From: a virus
Direction: 5' to 3' (one strand)
DNA length: 64,000 nt
Virus record (IMG/VR): IMGVR_UViG_3300047462_000154
Span: 96,001 to 160,000 of that record
Part shown: piece after piece, positions 31,201 through 40,455 of the stretch
Numbering within the stretch: position 1 is the stretch's first letter
How the letters are laid out: every line of letters begins with the position of its first letter
Notes under the pieces: model-generated
Told to the model about the DNA's origin: nothing
The model's database searches: none
The model's input: only the letters and a program-made list of their open reading frames with translations
Position numbers and translations under genes: made by a program

Positions 31201-34200
31201 TTGAAAGATGGGCACAAATTGGAAAATTTGATTTTAGAACTAACGGAACATATGACCCAACAAATCCATTTAGTTGGAATTATCGCGGATGTGTAGATAG
31301 ATATGGTAATTTAATGCCTGGGTCTTGGCGAGCAATTTATAATTTTTATTTTGATACAGATAAACCAGATACATGTCCTTGGGAAATGCTTGGTTTCACT
31401 TCAATGCCTTCTTGGTGGATTGCTAATTATGGAACAAATTATAGCCGTGGCAATACAGCCCTTTGGAGCGATTTAGAGACGGGTACAATACGTTCTGGTG
31501 TTCGTGCAGGGGTTGATGCAAGATATGCCCGTCCAGGGCTTTCTAACGTCATTCCTGTTGATGCTTCTGGTAATTTGCTAGACCCGATATCAGCAAGAAT
31601 TATTTTACAAGGTCCAGATTCGATAACTGCTGCCAGAAATTGGTTGTTTGGTGATGAAGGACCAGTTGAGCATTTATGGAAAACGAGTAGTTCATATAGA
31701 TTTGCTTTATCACAAGCGGCATTTTTGATGAAGCCTGCTAGATTTTCAGAAATATTTTGGGACACCATAAATTTTCAATTTGTTAATGACCAATGGGTTG
31801 ATGATCGTACAAGACAGCGCCCAATCATTACTTCTGATACTTTAATTCATGGTGAATTAAAAAATGATGAAACAACTTACGAAATTGTTTTTGGTATTCA
31901 GCAATGGTTGGTTGATAATCTTGTGTTTACTGGTCAAAAGGCGTCTGTTTTAGGTGATACAATACGTGGAATTGATGTAAATTTAATTTATAGAGTTGGT
32001 GGTTTTGTTTCATCTAATGGAATTACTGCACAAACGGATAATTTTGGAATAATTCCAAGCGAAAATGTTTCTGTAACATTATATCAAGCGCCTGCTTATA
32101 TTATTCAAACCTATAGCGGTGTAATTGTTGAATGGACTGGTGCTGGATATAGAATCATTGGGTATGATGCAAAAAATCCATTTTTTACTATTGTACCACC
32201 AGACAAAAATAATGTGAGCGGGTCAATTTCTTTATCAACAACTCCACAAGTTACAATTTATACTTGGGCACCTGGAACATATTATCGTTTAAATGTTTAT
32301 GTAAATTATAAAAATTCGGTTTATCAATGTATAACCGCACATACAAGTGGTTCAACATTTAATGAAAGTTATTGGAATCCTACTCCTGGTGTTACGAATA
32401 CTATTGCTCCTTCAATAACAACATATACAAATGGATTAAATTATACCGTAAATATTTCTTATGGAACAGTATTAAGCACTATACAAGATGTTGGTGATTT
32501 TTTACTTTCTTATGAAAGATATTTGGTAAATCAAGGATGGGTGTTTGACCAACTAGATTCTTCCACAGCAACAACATTTAATTTTTCACATGCAGCAAAA
32601 GATTTTTTAACTTGGTCTCAAATTACATGGCAACCAGGAAATTTTATTGCTTTGTCGCCTGGAGCAACTGGATTAAAATTTGTAACTACAGAAGGCACTA
32701 TTTTAAATGTAGAAGATTCTGTAACTGGATTTTATGGTTTATTAGATAGAGGCGGTTCGCCAATTGATAGTAGAACGGTTGTTGCAAATCGTTTGGAAGG
32801 TGAAATATTATTAAGTTCTAACACATCTGATATTTTTGCATGTACAATTGAAGTTGCCAATATAGAACATGTTATTGTGTTTTCAAATACAACAATTTTC
32901 AATGATATAATTTATTTGCCTTTATATAATCAAAGACAATCAAGAATATTATTGACTGGTTTTAAATCAAGTGATTGGGCTGGAAGATTAGATGCTCCTG
33001 GATATATGGTTTTGAATAATCAAATGTTTTCAAATTTTGAAAAAACACCAGAAGATATTCGATTGATGTTTGATATTGAAGAAATTTCAAGACCAGATTT
33101 AAAAAAATATGCGCAATCTAATATTGCTTATCAAGTAAGAACATATTTAGAAGATTTGTTGATTAATTCAACAGAACAATTTGAATTTTATCAAGGAATG
33201 ATTGCACAAAAAGGTGCACCAGGAGTTTTTGAAAAACTTTTAAGAAGTCAAAGAGTTACTTCAAATTCAGATATTGTTTTTCTTGAAGAATGGGCAATTA
33301 GATATCCAACAACATTTGGTTCTCCAGTAAATCCCTTGGCATCATTTCAATTATCACAATCGTCTTTACATAGAGACCCGCAATTTATTAGTTTTTATAT
33401 TCCTAATATTAATTCTCCTGATTGGATTAATTTAATTGGTCCAACAGAAAAAGTTTTTACTTGGAAAGAAAACACACAATATTATACAGGAGTTTATGTT
33501 TATTATCAAAACAATGTTTATGTTTGTGTTACCAAACATTTAAGTACAAATGTATTTCAGACAATTTATTGGAATGAATTAAACAATTGGATAGATGAGC
33601 CAAATAATAATTTCTTTCCAAATGCAGTAAATCCTGTTTCAAAAGTTTCAACTGCTGGATTTGTTAGATTATCAGAAGTTCAATATACTTCAGTAGGTCT
33701 TTCAAATATTTCTTCATATTATATTTCTCAAAATCAAAATGGCATTACTTCATTTAATACTGGAGAAAGAGTTTGGGTTTATACCAATGCACAAAATACT
33801 TGGGATGTTTTGCGTGTTTTTGATGTAGGTTTAACTCCCTGCACAATCAATAATATTACTACACCAATACAAGATTCAACGGTATCAACATCAAGATTAT
33901 ATATTACTGGAACATTGAATTTGACCCAAGCTGATATTGGGGCAATGATTTTAATTCAAGGACCAACTTACAGCACGCCAGATTTGAATGGTGTTAATTA
34001 CATCAAATCATTTTCTATAGAAAATGGAACAATTGATTTAAATACTGTTGTTACTACTGGTTTTAATTTTACAACAAACTCTACAATACAGCCAGCAATA
34101 AAAATATTCCGTTCTGTTCGTTTTCAAACAGATGCAATTTTAAATTCTTCAACAAATGTATGGTCTAATACTGATTTGGTTTGGGTTGATAATTATCAAT

Positions 34201-35228
34201 CAACTGGCGAACCTGTTGTTTTAAATTATGTAAATAATGTTTGGAATATTATCAGAAATAAACCAACAAAAATTGACCCAACTTCAATTAAAACATCTTC
34301 GATTTACAATAATGCAACAAGCATTTCAACAAATCAACAATTGTTGGTTACAACTCCATTGGTTGATGATTTAACGATAATAGACCCGTTAGCTGGATTT
34401 TTTCCAGGTGCGGCAACAAAAGAAATAAATTATATAACTGATTTTGACCCTGCAATTTATTCATACAATAATGGTTGGAATAATATTCAAGTTGGACAAG
34501 TTTGGTGGAACACATCAACTGTTAAATATCTTGACCCCTATACTGATGCTCTTGGTATCACAGATGAAAGAGATTTTCAAGAATTACAATATAGAATTTC
34601 AAATTGGGCAACAATAGCCCCAAACACTTCTGTTGATGTTTATGAATGGACACAAAGCACTTTATCACCAACAGCTTATGTTGCAGCGGCAACAAATGAT
34701 ACAACTGGTACATATGGAACTATATATAATTCATTATTATATACTACTAACCAATTATATGATTCATCATTAGAAACAATGGTTACTTATTATTATTATT
34801 GGGTAAAAAATTTAACCGTTGTTCCAAGTTTGCCATTTAGAAAAACAAGTGTTTCTGATGTAGCTTCTTTGTTAACAACACCAGTAAATCAAGATTTACA
34901 ATGGATGGCAGCAATTTCAGAAAATTCAATTTTAGTAAGTGGAATAAACACGTATTTAAATAATACGTCAAGTGTTTTGAAAATAGAATTAGATACTGCA
35001 TCAAAAGATAAAGTTCATTCACAATGGACATTATTGCGTCCAAACGACCAACAATCTTTACCACCAGAATGGTTATGGAGAAAAATTAGAGATAGTTTGG
35101 CTGGTTTTGATGATAATGGAAATACTGTTCCAAATATAAATAATTCATCAACATCACAAAACAATTCAATTGAGTATTTTACTGTTGGTATTTCGACAGT
35201 TGGAAGTCCATTACAGCAAAAAATATAA
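28269..35228 (+). CDS. large baseplate wedge / structural protein (gp7-like) with three CBM5/12-like repeats
   Basis: Follows gp6; RQNYQLEP, YSWAPPID.DKFINF.QYYW, YF.TD.P...PWEMLGF, W.G.LDAPGY, FYQGMI.QKG motifs of jumbo-phage giant baseplate proteins. Confidence 0.75.
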   Translation: MTDKRRQIQQLPAINQTQALKDFFGVTVDEVFQPGTPVATNGYIGQIPPLYDNQWQPNTYYNVNVYIVYNNILYQCVTSHTSVSTFNPVLWAAVDFYIQEQNSERQNYQLEPGMTSTNSSNVITNALTYPDLVDYIENNNGIITNQQRLFETDYYSWAPPIDIDKFINFQQYYWFGDLNGSNDLPTLVLSSPIFSYTGDGTTTSFALPNSISGISSNQETPAIYVNGVSEQYTISGNNIILSAAPSVGAKIITTRFDNLYDAINNQETFPISEFISNITAYNADGFTTSFADVYSTSSNENQFLVFYTPNGSITSTLLNSNNYNLENGFVNIISLPNSLTVPNYGDTISIVLLNGLLSLTDISSIPSGISYTDLQYLSSGMRIQLLDTQTYFLTWDESPWDSGLWDGGQPLYFVDGVGSSIRLTSSNSLITGLNAQYVTIDRSSLDNNPWSLRNSWVHVDTFAWSGLNFSSRQASRQIIEFVKDIVLYNYGYQRILPISATLTNNAMVNGVAITYSQIAFETIGSVYVDNNVLLTNGMRLLVLGTTQTLFEVSEQDNLYLLTPISVTVGDIAKIGTSTSEYWYNGTVWNLAQIWSESANPRFVLYDIETTPTAFDDSTVYPNSNFGASNGNEIFSYQVGTTYDSILAKYINYDSNGYIIFENDTVINIYTYLLNGVVTDITSLACYGVSTNYSITNSLSTQALWYKSTNPSTTQQTTNSNGFYNIPLNLEANPLWNDVTTLSKSEYFSHFTSIISNQIGIEGAPYYNNNWRDTTKNLGSGTEILQHQAPLLKAMLFASDNRFDIPTAIKYADQEYTRFKNKFAKKLNDLLIKGVLSEDTSPQTCVTTALNSLKIDKNNTFPFWLSQMAGDFYFIPPTPAYLGILTPTLPSTSLVMDYTFGEPIEMIQGHDGSLSPAFQDWRDNVFIALETQIYNSIPEQFITQLRPIFDIENYISNRFYSANNGYNLGELNSILAPIFERWAQIGKFDFRTNGTYDPTNPFSWNYRGCVDRYGNLMPGSWRAIYNFYFDTDKPDTCPWEMLGFTSMPSWWIANYGTNYSRGNTALWSDLETGTIRSGVRAGVDARYARPGLSNVIPVDASGNLLDPISARIILQGPDSITAARNWLFGDEGPVEHLWKTSSSYRFALSQAAFLMKPARFSEIFWDTINFQFVNDQWVDDRTRQRPIITSDTLIHGELKNDETTYEIVFGIQQWLVDNLVFTGQKASVLGDTIRGIDVNLIYRVGGFVSSNGITAQTDNFGIIPSENVSVTLYQAPAYIIQTYSGVIVEWTGAGYRIIGYDAKNPFFTIVPPDKNNVSGSISLSTTPQVTIYTWAPGTYYRLNVYVNYKNSVYQCITAHTSGSTFNESYWNPTPGVTNTIAPSITTYTNGLNYTVNISYGTVLSTIQDVGDFLLSYERYLVNQGWVFDQLDSSTATTFNFSHAAKDFLTWSQITWQPGNFIALSPGATGLKFVTTEGTILNVEDSVTGFYGLLDRGGSPIDSRTVVANRLEGEILLSSNTSDIFACTIEVANIEHVIVFSNTTIFNDIIYLPLYNQRQSRILLTGFKSSDWAGRLDAPGYMVLNNQMFSNFEKTPEDIRLMFDIEEISRPDLKKYAQSNIAYQVRTYLEDLLINSTEQFEFYQGMIAQKGAPGVFEKLLRSQRVTSNSDIVFLEEWAIRYPTTFGSPVNPLASFQLSQSSLHRDPQFISFYIPNINSPDWINLIGPTEKVFTWKENTQYYTGVYVYYQNNVYVCVTKHLSTNVFQTIYWNELNNWIDEPNNNFFPNAVNPVSKVSTAGFVRLSEVQYTSVGLSNISSYYISQNQNGITSFNTGERVWVYTNAQNTWDVLRVFDVGLTPCTINNITTPIQDSTVSTSRLYITGTLNLTQADIGAMILIQGPTYSTPDLNGVNYIKSFSIENGTIDLNTVVTTGFNFTTNSTIQPAIKIFRSVRFQTDAILNSSTNVWSNTDLVWVDNYQSTGEPVVLNYVNNVWNIIRNKPTKIDPTSIKTSSIYNNATSISTNQQLLVTTPLVDDLTIIDPLAGFFPGAATKEINYITDFDPAIYSYNNGWNNIQVGQVWWNTSTVKYLDPYTDALGITDERDFQELQYRISNWATIAPNTSVDVYEWTQSTLSPTAYVAAATNDTTGTYGTIYNSLLYTTNQLYDSSLETMVTYYYYWVKNLTVVPSLPFRKTSVSDVASLLTTPVNQDLQWMAAISENSILVSGINTYLNNTSSVLKIELDTASKDKVHSQWTLLRPNDQQSLPPEWLWRKIRDSLAGFDDNGNTVPNINNSSTSQNNSIEYFTVGISTVGSPLQQKI

Positions 35229-35231
35229 ATA
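35224..35231 (+). promoter_or_regulatory. T4-type late promoter TATAAATA
   Basis: Exact consensus 19 nt upstream of tail-fibre ATG. Confidence 0.65.
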
Positions 35232-35250
35232 TTTAAAAAGAGACATTTAA

Positions 35251-36300
35251 ATGAAAAGAATTACTGGAACATATGCTGTTGTAACCGAACCATCAGATTC
35301 AAATACTGGCACAACTGGTTTTTTTACTGATTCAACAGGAAATCCAAATACTTCAACTGTGGTGACTGCTGCTTGGTGTAATGACGTTCAAGAAGAAATT
35401 GTTTCTGTTGCAACTGCGCTTGGTACAACATTAAATGGTAGTTCTAACAATCAAATGCTTACTGCAATTAATGGATTAATTACAACAGCAATTAATTCTT
35501 TAGAAGCATCATTAAATAATAACATTTCTGCATTGAATAATGGAACAGACAGTAACACATTTTTTGCAAATTTAAATTCAAATACAACAGAAACACAAAT
35601 TGGTGCTAATTTTTCTGGAGTAGACCCTGCATATTTGTTCAACAATTCAAATGCTTGGGGTTTAAAATCAAATACTGGTGGAATAATTTTAGAATATATT
35701 CGTTCTACTTCACAAATTACAATAAACGGAACTGTAAATATTTCTGCTGGAACATATGCAACAAATGCTGTTGCATATTCTCAATTAACTGGAGAAACAA
35801 TTCGCGCTACCGCTGCTGAAAGTCTATTAACAACTAATTTGGCAGCAGAAACAACAGCGAGACAAAATGCAGATTCAACATTACAAACAAATATCACATC
35901 AGAAATAAATCGCGCAACTGCTGCTGAAAACACGCTTACTCAAAATCTTTCTACAGAAACAACTAATAGAACAAATGCAATATCTGGAATAACAAATAGT
36001 TTTGGTAATTTATTAACAACCAATGGATATCAAAAAATTATTGGAGGATTAATAATTCAATGGGGGAAAACAGCAAACTATACAAACGAAAGTTCTCAAA
36101 CAATAACTTTTCCTATTGCCTTTCCAACAGCATGTTTAAACGCTCAAGCAACTTTAATTATTCCAAACAATTCTACTGCACAAGACCAATTTGCTCAAAT
36201 TGTTGGTGTACCAACATTAACATCTGTTTCTCTTTATTGTCAGCAAGTTTCTAATAATACATATCCCGTTTCTATATATTGGATGGCTATTGGATATTAA
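35251..36300 (+). CDS. tail fibre protein with Mu/P2-prophage-type N-terminus
   Basis: MKRI...GFFTD...TVVTAAWCNDVQEEI; coiled-coil E..RATAAE repeats; C-terminal GYQK..GGLIIQWG...FPIAFP..C...YWMAIGY. Confidence 0.85.
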   Translation: MKRITGTYAVVTEPSDSNTGTTGFFTDSTGNPNTSTVVTAAWCNDVQEEIVSVATALGTTLNGSSNNQMLTAINGLITTAINSLEASLNNNISALNNGTDSNTFFANLNSNTTETQIGANFSGVDPAYLFNNSNAWGLKSNTGGIILEYIRSTSQITINGTVNISAGTYATNAVAYSQLTGETIRATAAESLLTTNLAAETTARQNADSTLQTNITSEINRATAAENTLTQNLSTETTNRTNAISGITNSFGNLLTTNGYQKIIGGLIIQWGKTANYTNESSQTITFPIAFPTACLNAQATLIIPNNSTAQDQFAQIVGVPTLTSVSLYCQQVSNNTYPVSIYWMAIGY

Positions 36301-36334
36301 TAATCTAATAAAATATTTCATTTGAAAGCATAAA

Positions 36335-36342
36335 TATAAATA
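36335..36342 (+). promoter_or_regulatory. T4-type late promoter TATAAATA
   Basis: Exact consensus upstream of ATG 36362. Confidence 0.65.
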
Positions 36343-36361
36343 AACAAAAAGGTTTAAATAA

Positions 36362-37126
36362 ATGCATCCAGTTAATAACAAATTTTTTGGCACAGATGGC
36401 GTAGCTGTCAAGTTTTATAATGGAACAACAACTAAAACAGGCTATATTATCAAACAGCTTGGAACAGATAGATTTGTTGTTACCGATGGCACAACAACAT
36501 CTGGTGTTTTAAACACATATACCGCTTACTTAGTAAATACTTACGCACAAGCAACAAGTTTAGCTCGTAGCACAATTACTGCGCCGCCCGATGGCAATTC
36601 TGTCACAGGACCAGCATACCAAATGACAATTCCTGTTCCATTTACTACAGGTTCTCTTGGTTATGTAACTCACATTTATTCTACCCAAGTTGATGTTATT
36701 AGTAGCGCAAGTGTCTTGTCTCGTGTTAATTGGTCATTAGGAACCGCTGTAGATGGCTCTACAGCCCTTGAATCATTTGCAACCGCATATGATGCCACAA
36801 ATACACCAACCTACGCTGCTGGCACGTTTGGTGGACCAACAACATTGGCTTTCGTTGCTGCTCCCCCAACTGGCGTTACTCATGGTGCAACAACCTATAC
36901 GGTTACCGTTTCAACAACACCTAATACAGAAGCAAGCAATGTTGGAAATCTTTTTGTTTCAACAAGTGCTACAGTATTACCAACAACTGGTGGTGTTGAA
37001 AATTCAAGTTATCTTGATGGTGTTCTTGGTTTCACAATGTCGTATCCATCAGCAGGCACATATTTTGTTTGGGTAACTTTGGCGGATACTTCGTATCTTA
37101 TTTCTACAGCCCGCGTCATCGCTTAA
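36362..37126 (+). CDS. virion structural protein
   Basis: MHPVNNKFFG...GYIIKQLGTDRFVVTDG; T/S/G-rich; own late promoter and terminator. Confidence 0.65.
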   Translation: MHPVNNKFFGTDGVAVKFYNGTTTKTGYIIKQLGTDRFVVTDGTTTSGVLNTYTAYLVNTYAQATSLARSTITAPPDGNSVTGPAYQMTIPVPFTTGSLGYVTHIYSTQVDVISSASVLSRVNWSLGTAVDGSTALESFATAYDATNTPTYAAGTFGGPTTLAFVAAPPTGVTHGATTYTVTVSTTPNTEASNVGNLFVSTSATVLPTTGGVENSSYLDGVLGFTMSYPSAGTYFVWVTLADTSYLISTARVIA

Positions 37127-37146
37127 ATATTCCAAAACATTCTATT

Positions 37147-37174
37147 AAAAGAGGCACATTGTGCCTCTTTTTTT
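37147..37174 (+). terminator. rho-independent terminator
   Basis: aaaagaggcac-att-gtgcctcttttttt. Confidence 0.85.
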
Positions 37175-37225
37175 ATGTTTGCTTTCTTATGAATAAAATG
37201 ATAATCTGATTAAATGGAGAGCAAA

Positions 37226-37548
37226 ATGTCATTACCTGTTGATGTATTTAATTGCCCTTAGATACAAATACAAATCTACTTTTACATTCAAATTTTTTAA
37301 AATAAAAATATCATTTTATACTCATTCCATTAATATGCCATCTGTTTATATAAACGGCAAAACACTAAATGAACGTTGAAGACCGATTTGTTTATAATGA
37401 AAAAGAACATATTCTTTATGAAAATGGAATTCCTGTTGCAAAATCATATGACAAATATGTGATTATTGTTGATAAAAATGGTTTATTGGTAAAACAAGGA
37501 TTTGTTGAAAAAACTAAATTCTTTTTGTTATTTTTAATGGTTTTTTGA
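37226..37548 (+). pseudogene. fragmented hypothetical gene
   Basis: GGAG RBS + ATG 37226 stops after 11 codons; downstream protein-like fragments (MPSVYINGKTLNE; DRFVYNEKEHILYENGIPVAKSYDKY) in other frames. Confidence 0.4.
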
Positions 37549-37556
37549 AATCATAA

Positions 37557-37600
37557 ATGATAATGGCTATCTTTATGATAATGGCTATCTTTATGATAAT
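37557..37600 (+). repeat. 18-bp tandem repeat, about 2.4 copies
   Basis: atgataatggctatcttt x2 + atgataat. Confidence 0.9.
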
Positions 37601-37616
37601 ATACGCGACAATAAAT

Positions 37617-38660
37617 TTATTTATTATCAGAAATCAATTTATTCCAAATTACGCGACTATTTTCAGAAAATATTTTTAAACCGTCCACATTGAAAATTCT
37701 TATTTCATCATGTTTCAAAACTCTTTCTATTGCAGATACAATGCTATCTGAATCATTTGGGTCCGCATAAGAAAGATAATTAATCCATTTAATATCTGGA
37801 CTTGTTACAACAGCAACATCGTTTACAACAGCATCCGCCGTAACAATATTAAAAGTTTCTGTATAAGATACTTGTAAAGACACATTCATATCTCTTAATA
37901 AATTTAAAAAGTCAGCATGTGGTAACCAATTATGCTCAACTAATTCATGTTTAGGAAGCAATTTAAACATTTTTTGTAAATTATGAACAATCGGTTCTCC
38001 CTTCATTTCAATTCTTGTACCATTAACATGAAAACGTAATTTCAAATTATATTTTTCAGCATATTTTATTGCAGCAATGGCTTGTATCAGATGATTTTTT
38101 AAAGGTCTCATTGCACCAAAACAACCAATATCAATCGTATCTGTAATTACTGGTTTAATTCTCGGTGTAAAATTATATGGATAAAAATTTGGCAAATATG
38201 AAGTGTTTAATTTATTTCCAGATGATTTAATAACAGCAGTGATTTCTTCATGTGCTCTTATATCATTGCTGCAAAGAAAAACATTTGGATAATTAGAATA
38301 TCGAATTGACCAATCCATTGCTATTCCTTCATTAGCAACAAAAGGAATTGCGGAATGATTTCTGATTATCCATTTTATTTTTGGATGTAATTTATAAAGA
38401 ATTTCAAATTTTTCTGGAACCACCCAATATGCTTCGATGACGCATATATCTGGTTTAAACTGAGTTACCAATCTATCAATAAAATTATTGTCTATTGCAT
38501 GAACAATTGATGTTTCGTATCCTTCTGAATTTAGCATTCTTTCAACAAATTGTGCTGAATTAAATAATCCAGAACTTAATATTTTTTTTTCCTCGATTCC
38601 AGTTTCTTCATTCAAATATTTGTTTTCTCTTGCTTTTAAAATAAATTGAATTCGAGTCAT
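37617..38660 (-). CDS. glycosyltransferase (GT-B / GT4-like)
   Basis: IGCFGAMRPLKNHLIQAIAA and QVSYTETFNIVTADA..VVTS nucleotide-sugar-binding motifs. Confidence 0.75.
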   Translation of the reverse strand: MTRIQFILKARENKYLNEETGIEEKKILSSGLFNSAQFVERMLNSEGYETSIVHAIDNNFIDRLVTQFKPDICVIEAYWVVPEKFEILYKLHPKIKWIIRNHSAIPFVANEGIAMDWSIRYSNYPNVFLCSNDIRAHEEITAVIKSSGNKLNTSYLPNFYPYNFTPRIKPVITDTIDIGCFGAMRPLKNHLIQAIAAIKYAEKYNLKLRFHVNGTRIEMKGEPIVHNLQKMFKLLPKHELVEHNWLPHADFLNLLRDMNVSLQVSYTETFNIVTADAVVNDVAVVTSPDIKWINYLSYADPNDSDSIVSAIERVLKHDEIRIFNVDGLKIFSENSRVIWNKLISDNK

Positions 38661-38739
38661 AAGAACATCCTTTTAATATTCTTATTTATACAGAACCACT
38701 TACCAAATTATTCAAATAATTGTTAAACTTTTAAGTAAG

Positions 38740-38767
38740 TTGCAAATTATATTTAATTATGTATAAT
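38740..38767 (+). promoter_or_regulatory. sigma70-type promoter
   Basis: TTGCAA-16 nt-TATAAT upstream of AAGGA RBS and ATG 38790. Confidence 0.55.
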
Positions 38768-38789
38768 AGAGAAGAGAAAGGACAAAATT

Positions 38790-39218
38790 ATGACTTTACA
38801 TGAACAAATCAGGGCTGACTGGATTAATGCCAGGAAACAACGGAATGAAGTACATGCTAATGTGCTTGGTCTTTTGATTGGTACAATTCAAACAAAAGAA
38901 AAGAATTTTTCATCAGAACGTTCTTTAACCGATGGTGAAATTGTGCAGGAAGTTAAAAAACTTCTTGATGGTGTAATCGAAAGCAAAAAGCTTTTGAAAG
39001 AAGGTTCTAATTTGGATAAGTTGTCTCAAGAAGAAACTATTTTGTCTTCTTATATGCCTACCCAAATGTCTGAATCTGAATTGGCTACATTCATCAAAGC
39101 CAAAGCAGATGAAGGAAATGATTTTAAAAACATTATGTCTGCTTTACGTGCAGAACATTTAGGTAAATACGATGGGAAAACTGCTTCTGAATTGGTCAAA
39201 AAAGCTTTAGCAAAATAA
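38790..39218 (+). CDS. GatB/YqeY domain protein
   Basis: QIRADWINARK, E..ILSSYMPTQMSE.EL, IMSAL...HLGKYDGK.AS..VK. Confidence 0.85.
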   Translation: MTLHEQIRADWINARKQRNEVHANVLGLLIGTIQTKEKNFSSERSLTDGEIVQEVKKLLDGVIESKKLLKEGSNLDKLSQEETILSSYMPTQMSESELATFIKAKADEGNDFKNIMSALRAEHLGKYDGKTASELVKKALAK

Positions 39219-39250
39219 AAAAAGGGGGCTTTAAAGCCCCCTTAATTTTT
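39218..39250. terminator. bidirectional terminator
   Basis: aagggggc-ttaaa-gccccctt between convergent genes, flanked by A/T runs. Confidence 0.8.
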
Positions 39251-39749
39251 AAGCAGCAATCGCCGCTTTTCGGTCTGTTTGGGTTTTCTTGACATTGGTT
39301 TTCACCACACGATTCATAAGCGATTCAACACCAGGAAAATAGTTTTTGTTGATTGCAAGACGAAGAGCCTTGACGCTTCTTCCACATTTCCTGGAAACCA
39401 TTTGTAGTTTTTTCACAGTAATGGGAGTGTTGTTTTCCATTAAAAAATCTTTAATGGTTTCGCGTTCTTCATCAGTATATGAACGCCCGCCGTTTTTGTA
39501 TCGATTAATTTTTGCTCGTTCCGCCGGAGCATTCCGCGCTTTTGCTCTGGCACGTTGTTCTGCCTTGGCTATCGCTTCTTTGGACCTTGGTTTCTTTGTC
39601 TCTTTGGCGGCTGACAAAACAACTTTTTCACTGCCTTTGTTGATGAAATTCATCCACATTTGTACAGTTGGCAAAACAGTCGAAATATCTTCTGCTTTCT
39701 TCAACGCTTCCGTAAGAAGCGCCATACGCATTTGTTTTTCACTATCCAA
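39249..39749 (-). CDS. basic hypothetical protein, possible Myb/HTH-like DNA binder
   Basis: AGGAG RBS, TTG start; YTDEERETI...SRKCGRSVKAL; TTGACA upstream on minus strand near 39823-39828. Confidence 0.6.
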   Translation of the reverse strand: MDSEKQMRMALLTEALKKAEDISTVLPTVQMWMNFINKGSEKVVLSAAKETKKPRSKEAIAKAEQRARAKARNAPAERAKINRYKNGGRSYTDEERETIKDFLMENNTPITVKKLQMVSRKCGRSVKALRLAINKNYFPGVESLMNRVVKTNVKKTQTDRKAAIAA

Positions 39750-39880
39750 AATAATCTCCTTTTAAACAAAATTGCGATATCAAAATACCGCTATTTCAAG
39801 GTATTACAGTATAATTTATTAGTTGTCAAGTAAATTTTTATGAGTATGGTTGAATTTATTTATTGAATTAAAGGAAAAAT

Positions 39881-40288
39881 ATGATAGTGGATATGGGAAC
39901 AGAAAATGATTTATATGAGTTTGCTTTAAAAAAATGTTTGGAAAATTCTAATTATGTTGTCGCAATCATTCCTGAATCATTTATTACAACAGACAAATTT
40001 AAGAGCAGATTAGATTGCGTTATTTCATTAGCCTATGATGATATGTTTTCTGATACAGACCATCCAGTTTGTCTTGCATTGTTTTGGGATACAGCACAAA
40101 TGCGTAATTATGGAATGTCTCCAAAAAATTATTTAAGAAATAAATTTCCTAATCTTGTAATTGGGTCACCAGAAGAAGTTGTTGAAATATTTTGGAACTT
40201 AAAAGAAATCCTAAATATGTTCACAAAAACGCAATTACTCCAAGACAATTATCAAAAACAGCAATTGTTAAAAAAGAACAAAAAATAA
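39881..40288 (+). pseudogene. probable fragment of DNA-methyltransferase-like gene joined to unrelated sequence
   Basis: DLYEFALKKCL...VAIIPESFI...MFSDTDHPVCLALF resembles an internal MTase segment; no SAM or catalytic motif; fragmented downstream. Confidence 0.35.
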
Positions 40289-40424
40289 TTACCGAAATGC
40301 TAAAAAATGGTTATGATTGGGATGAAATTTATTGAAACTGTTAGAAAAAAACACAAAACAGATTTCAAAGTAATGACATTCAAAAATACCTATAAGAAAA
40401 TTCAAAATCAAATCTGAAAATAAA

Positions 40425-40452
40425 AATACCCCACTTAAAAAAGTGGGGTATT
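40425..40452. terminator. terminator hairpin
   Basis: aataccccactt-aaaa-aagtggggtatt, next to stop of the minus-strand structural operon. Confidence 0.8.
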
Positions 40453-40455
40453 ATC

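Noticed and set aside
37557-37600. Possible mini-CRISPR or iteron array
   Set aside because: Head-to-tail 18-mers without spacers, under three copies; no cas genes.
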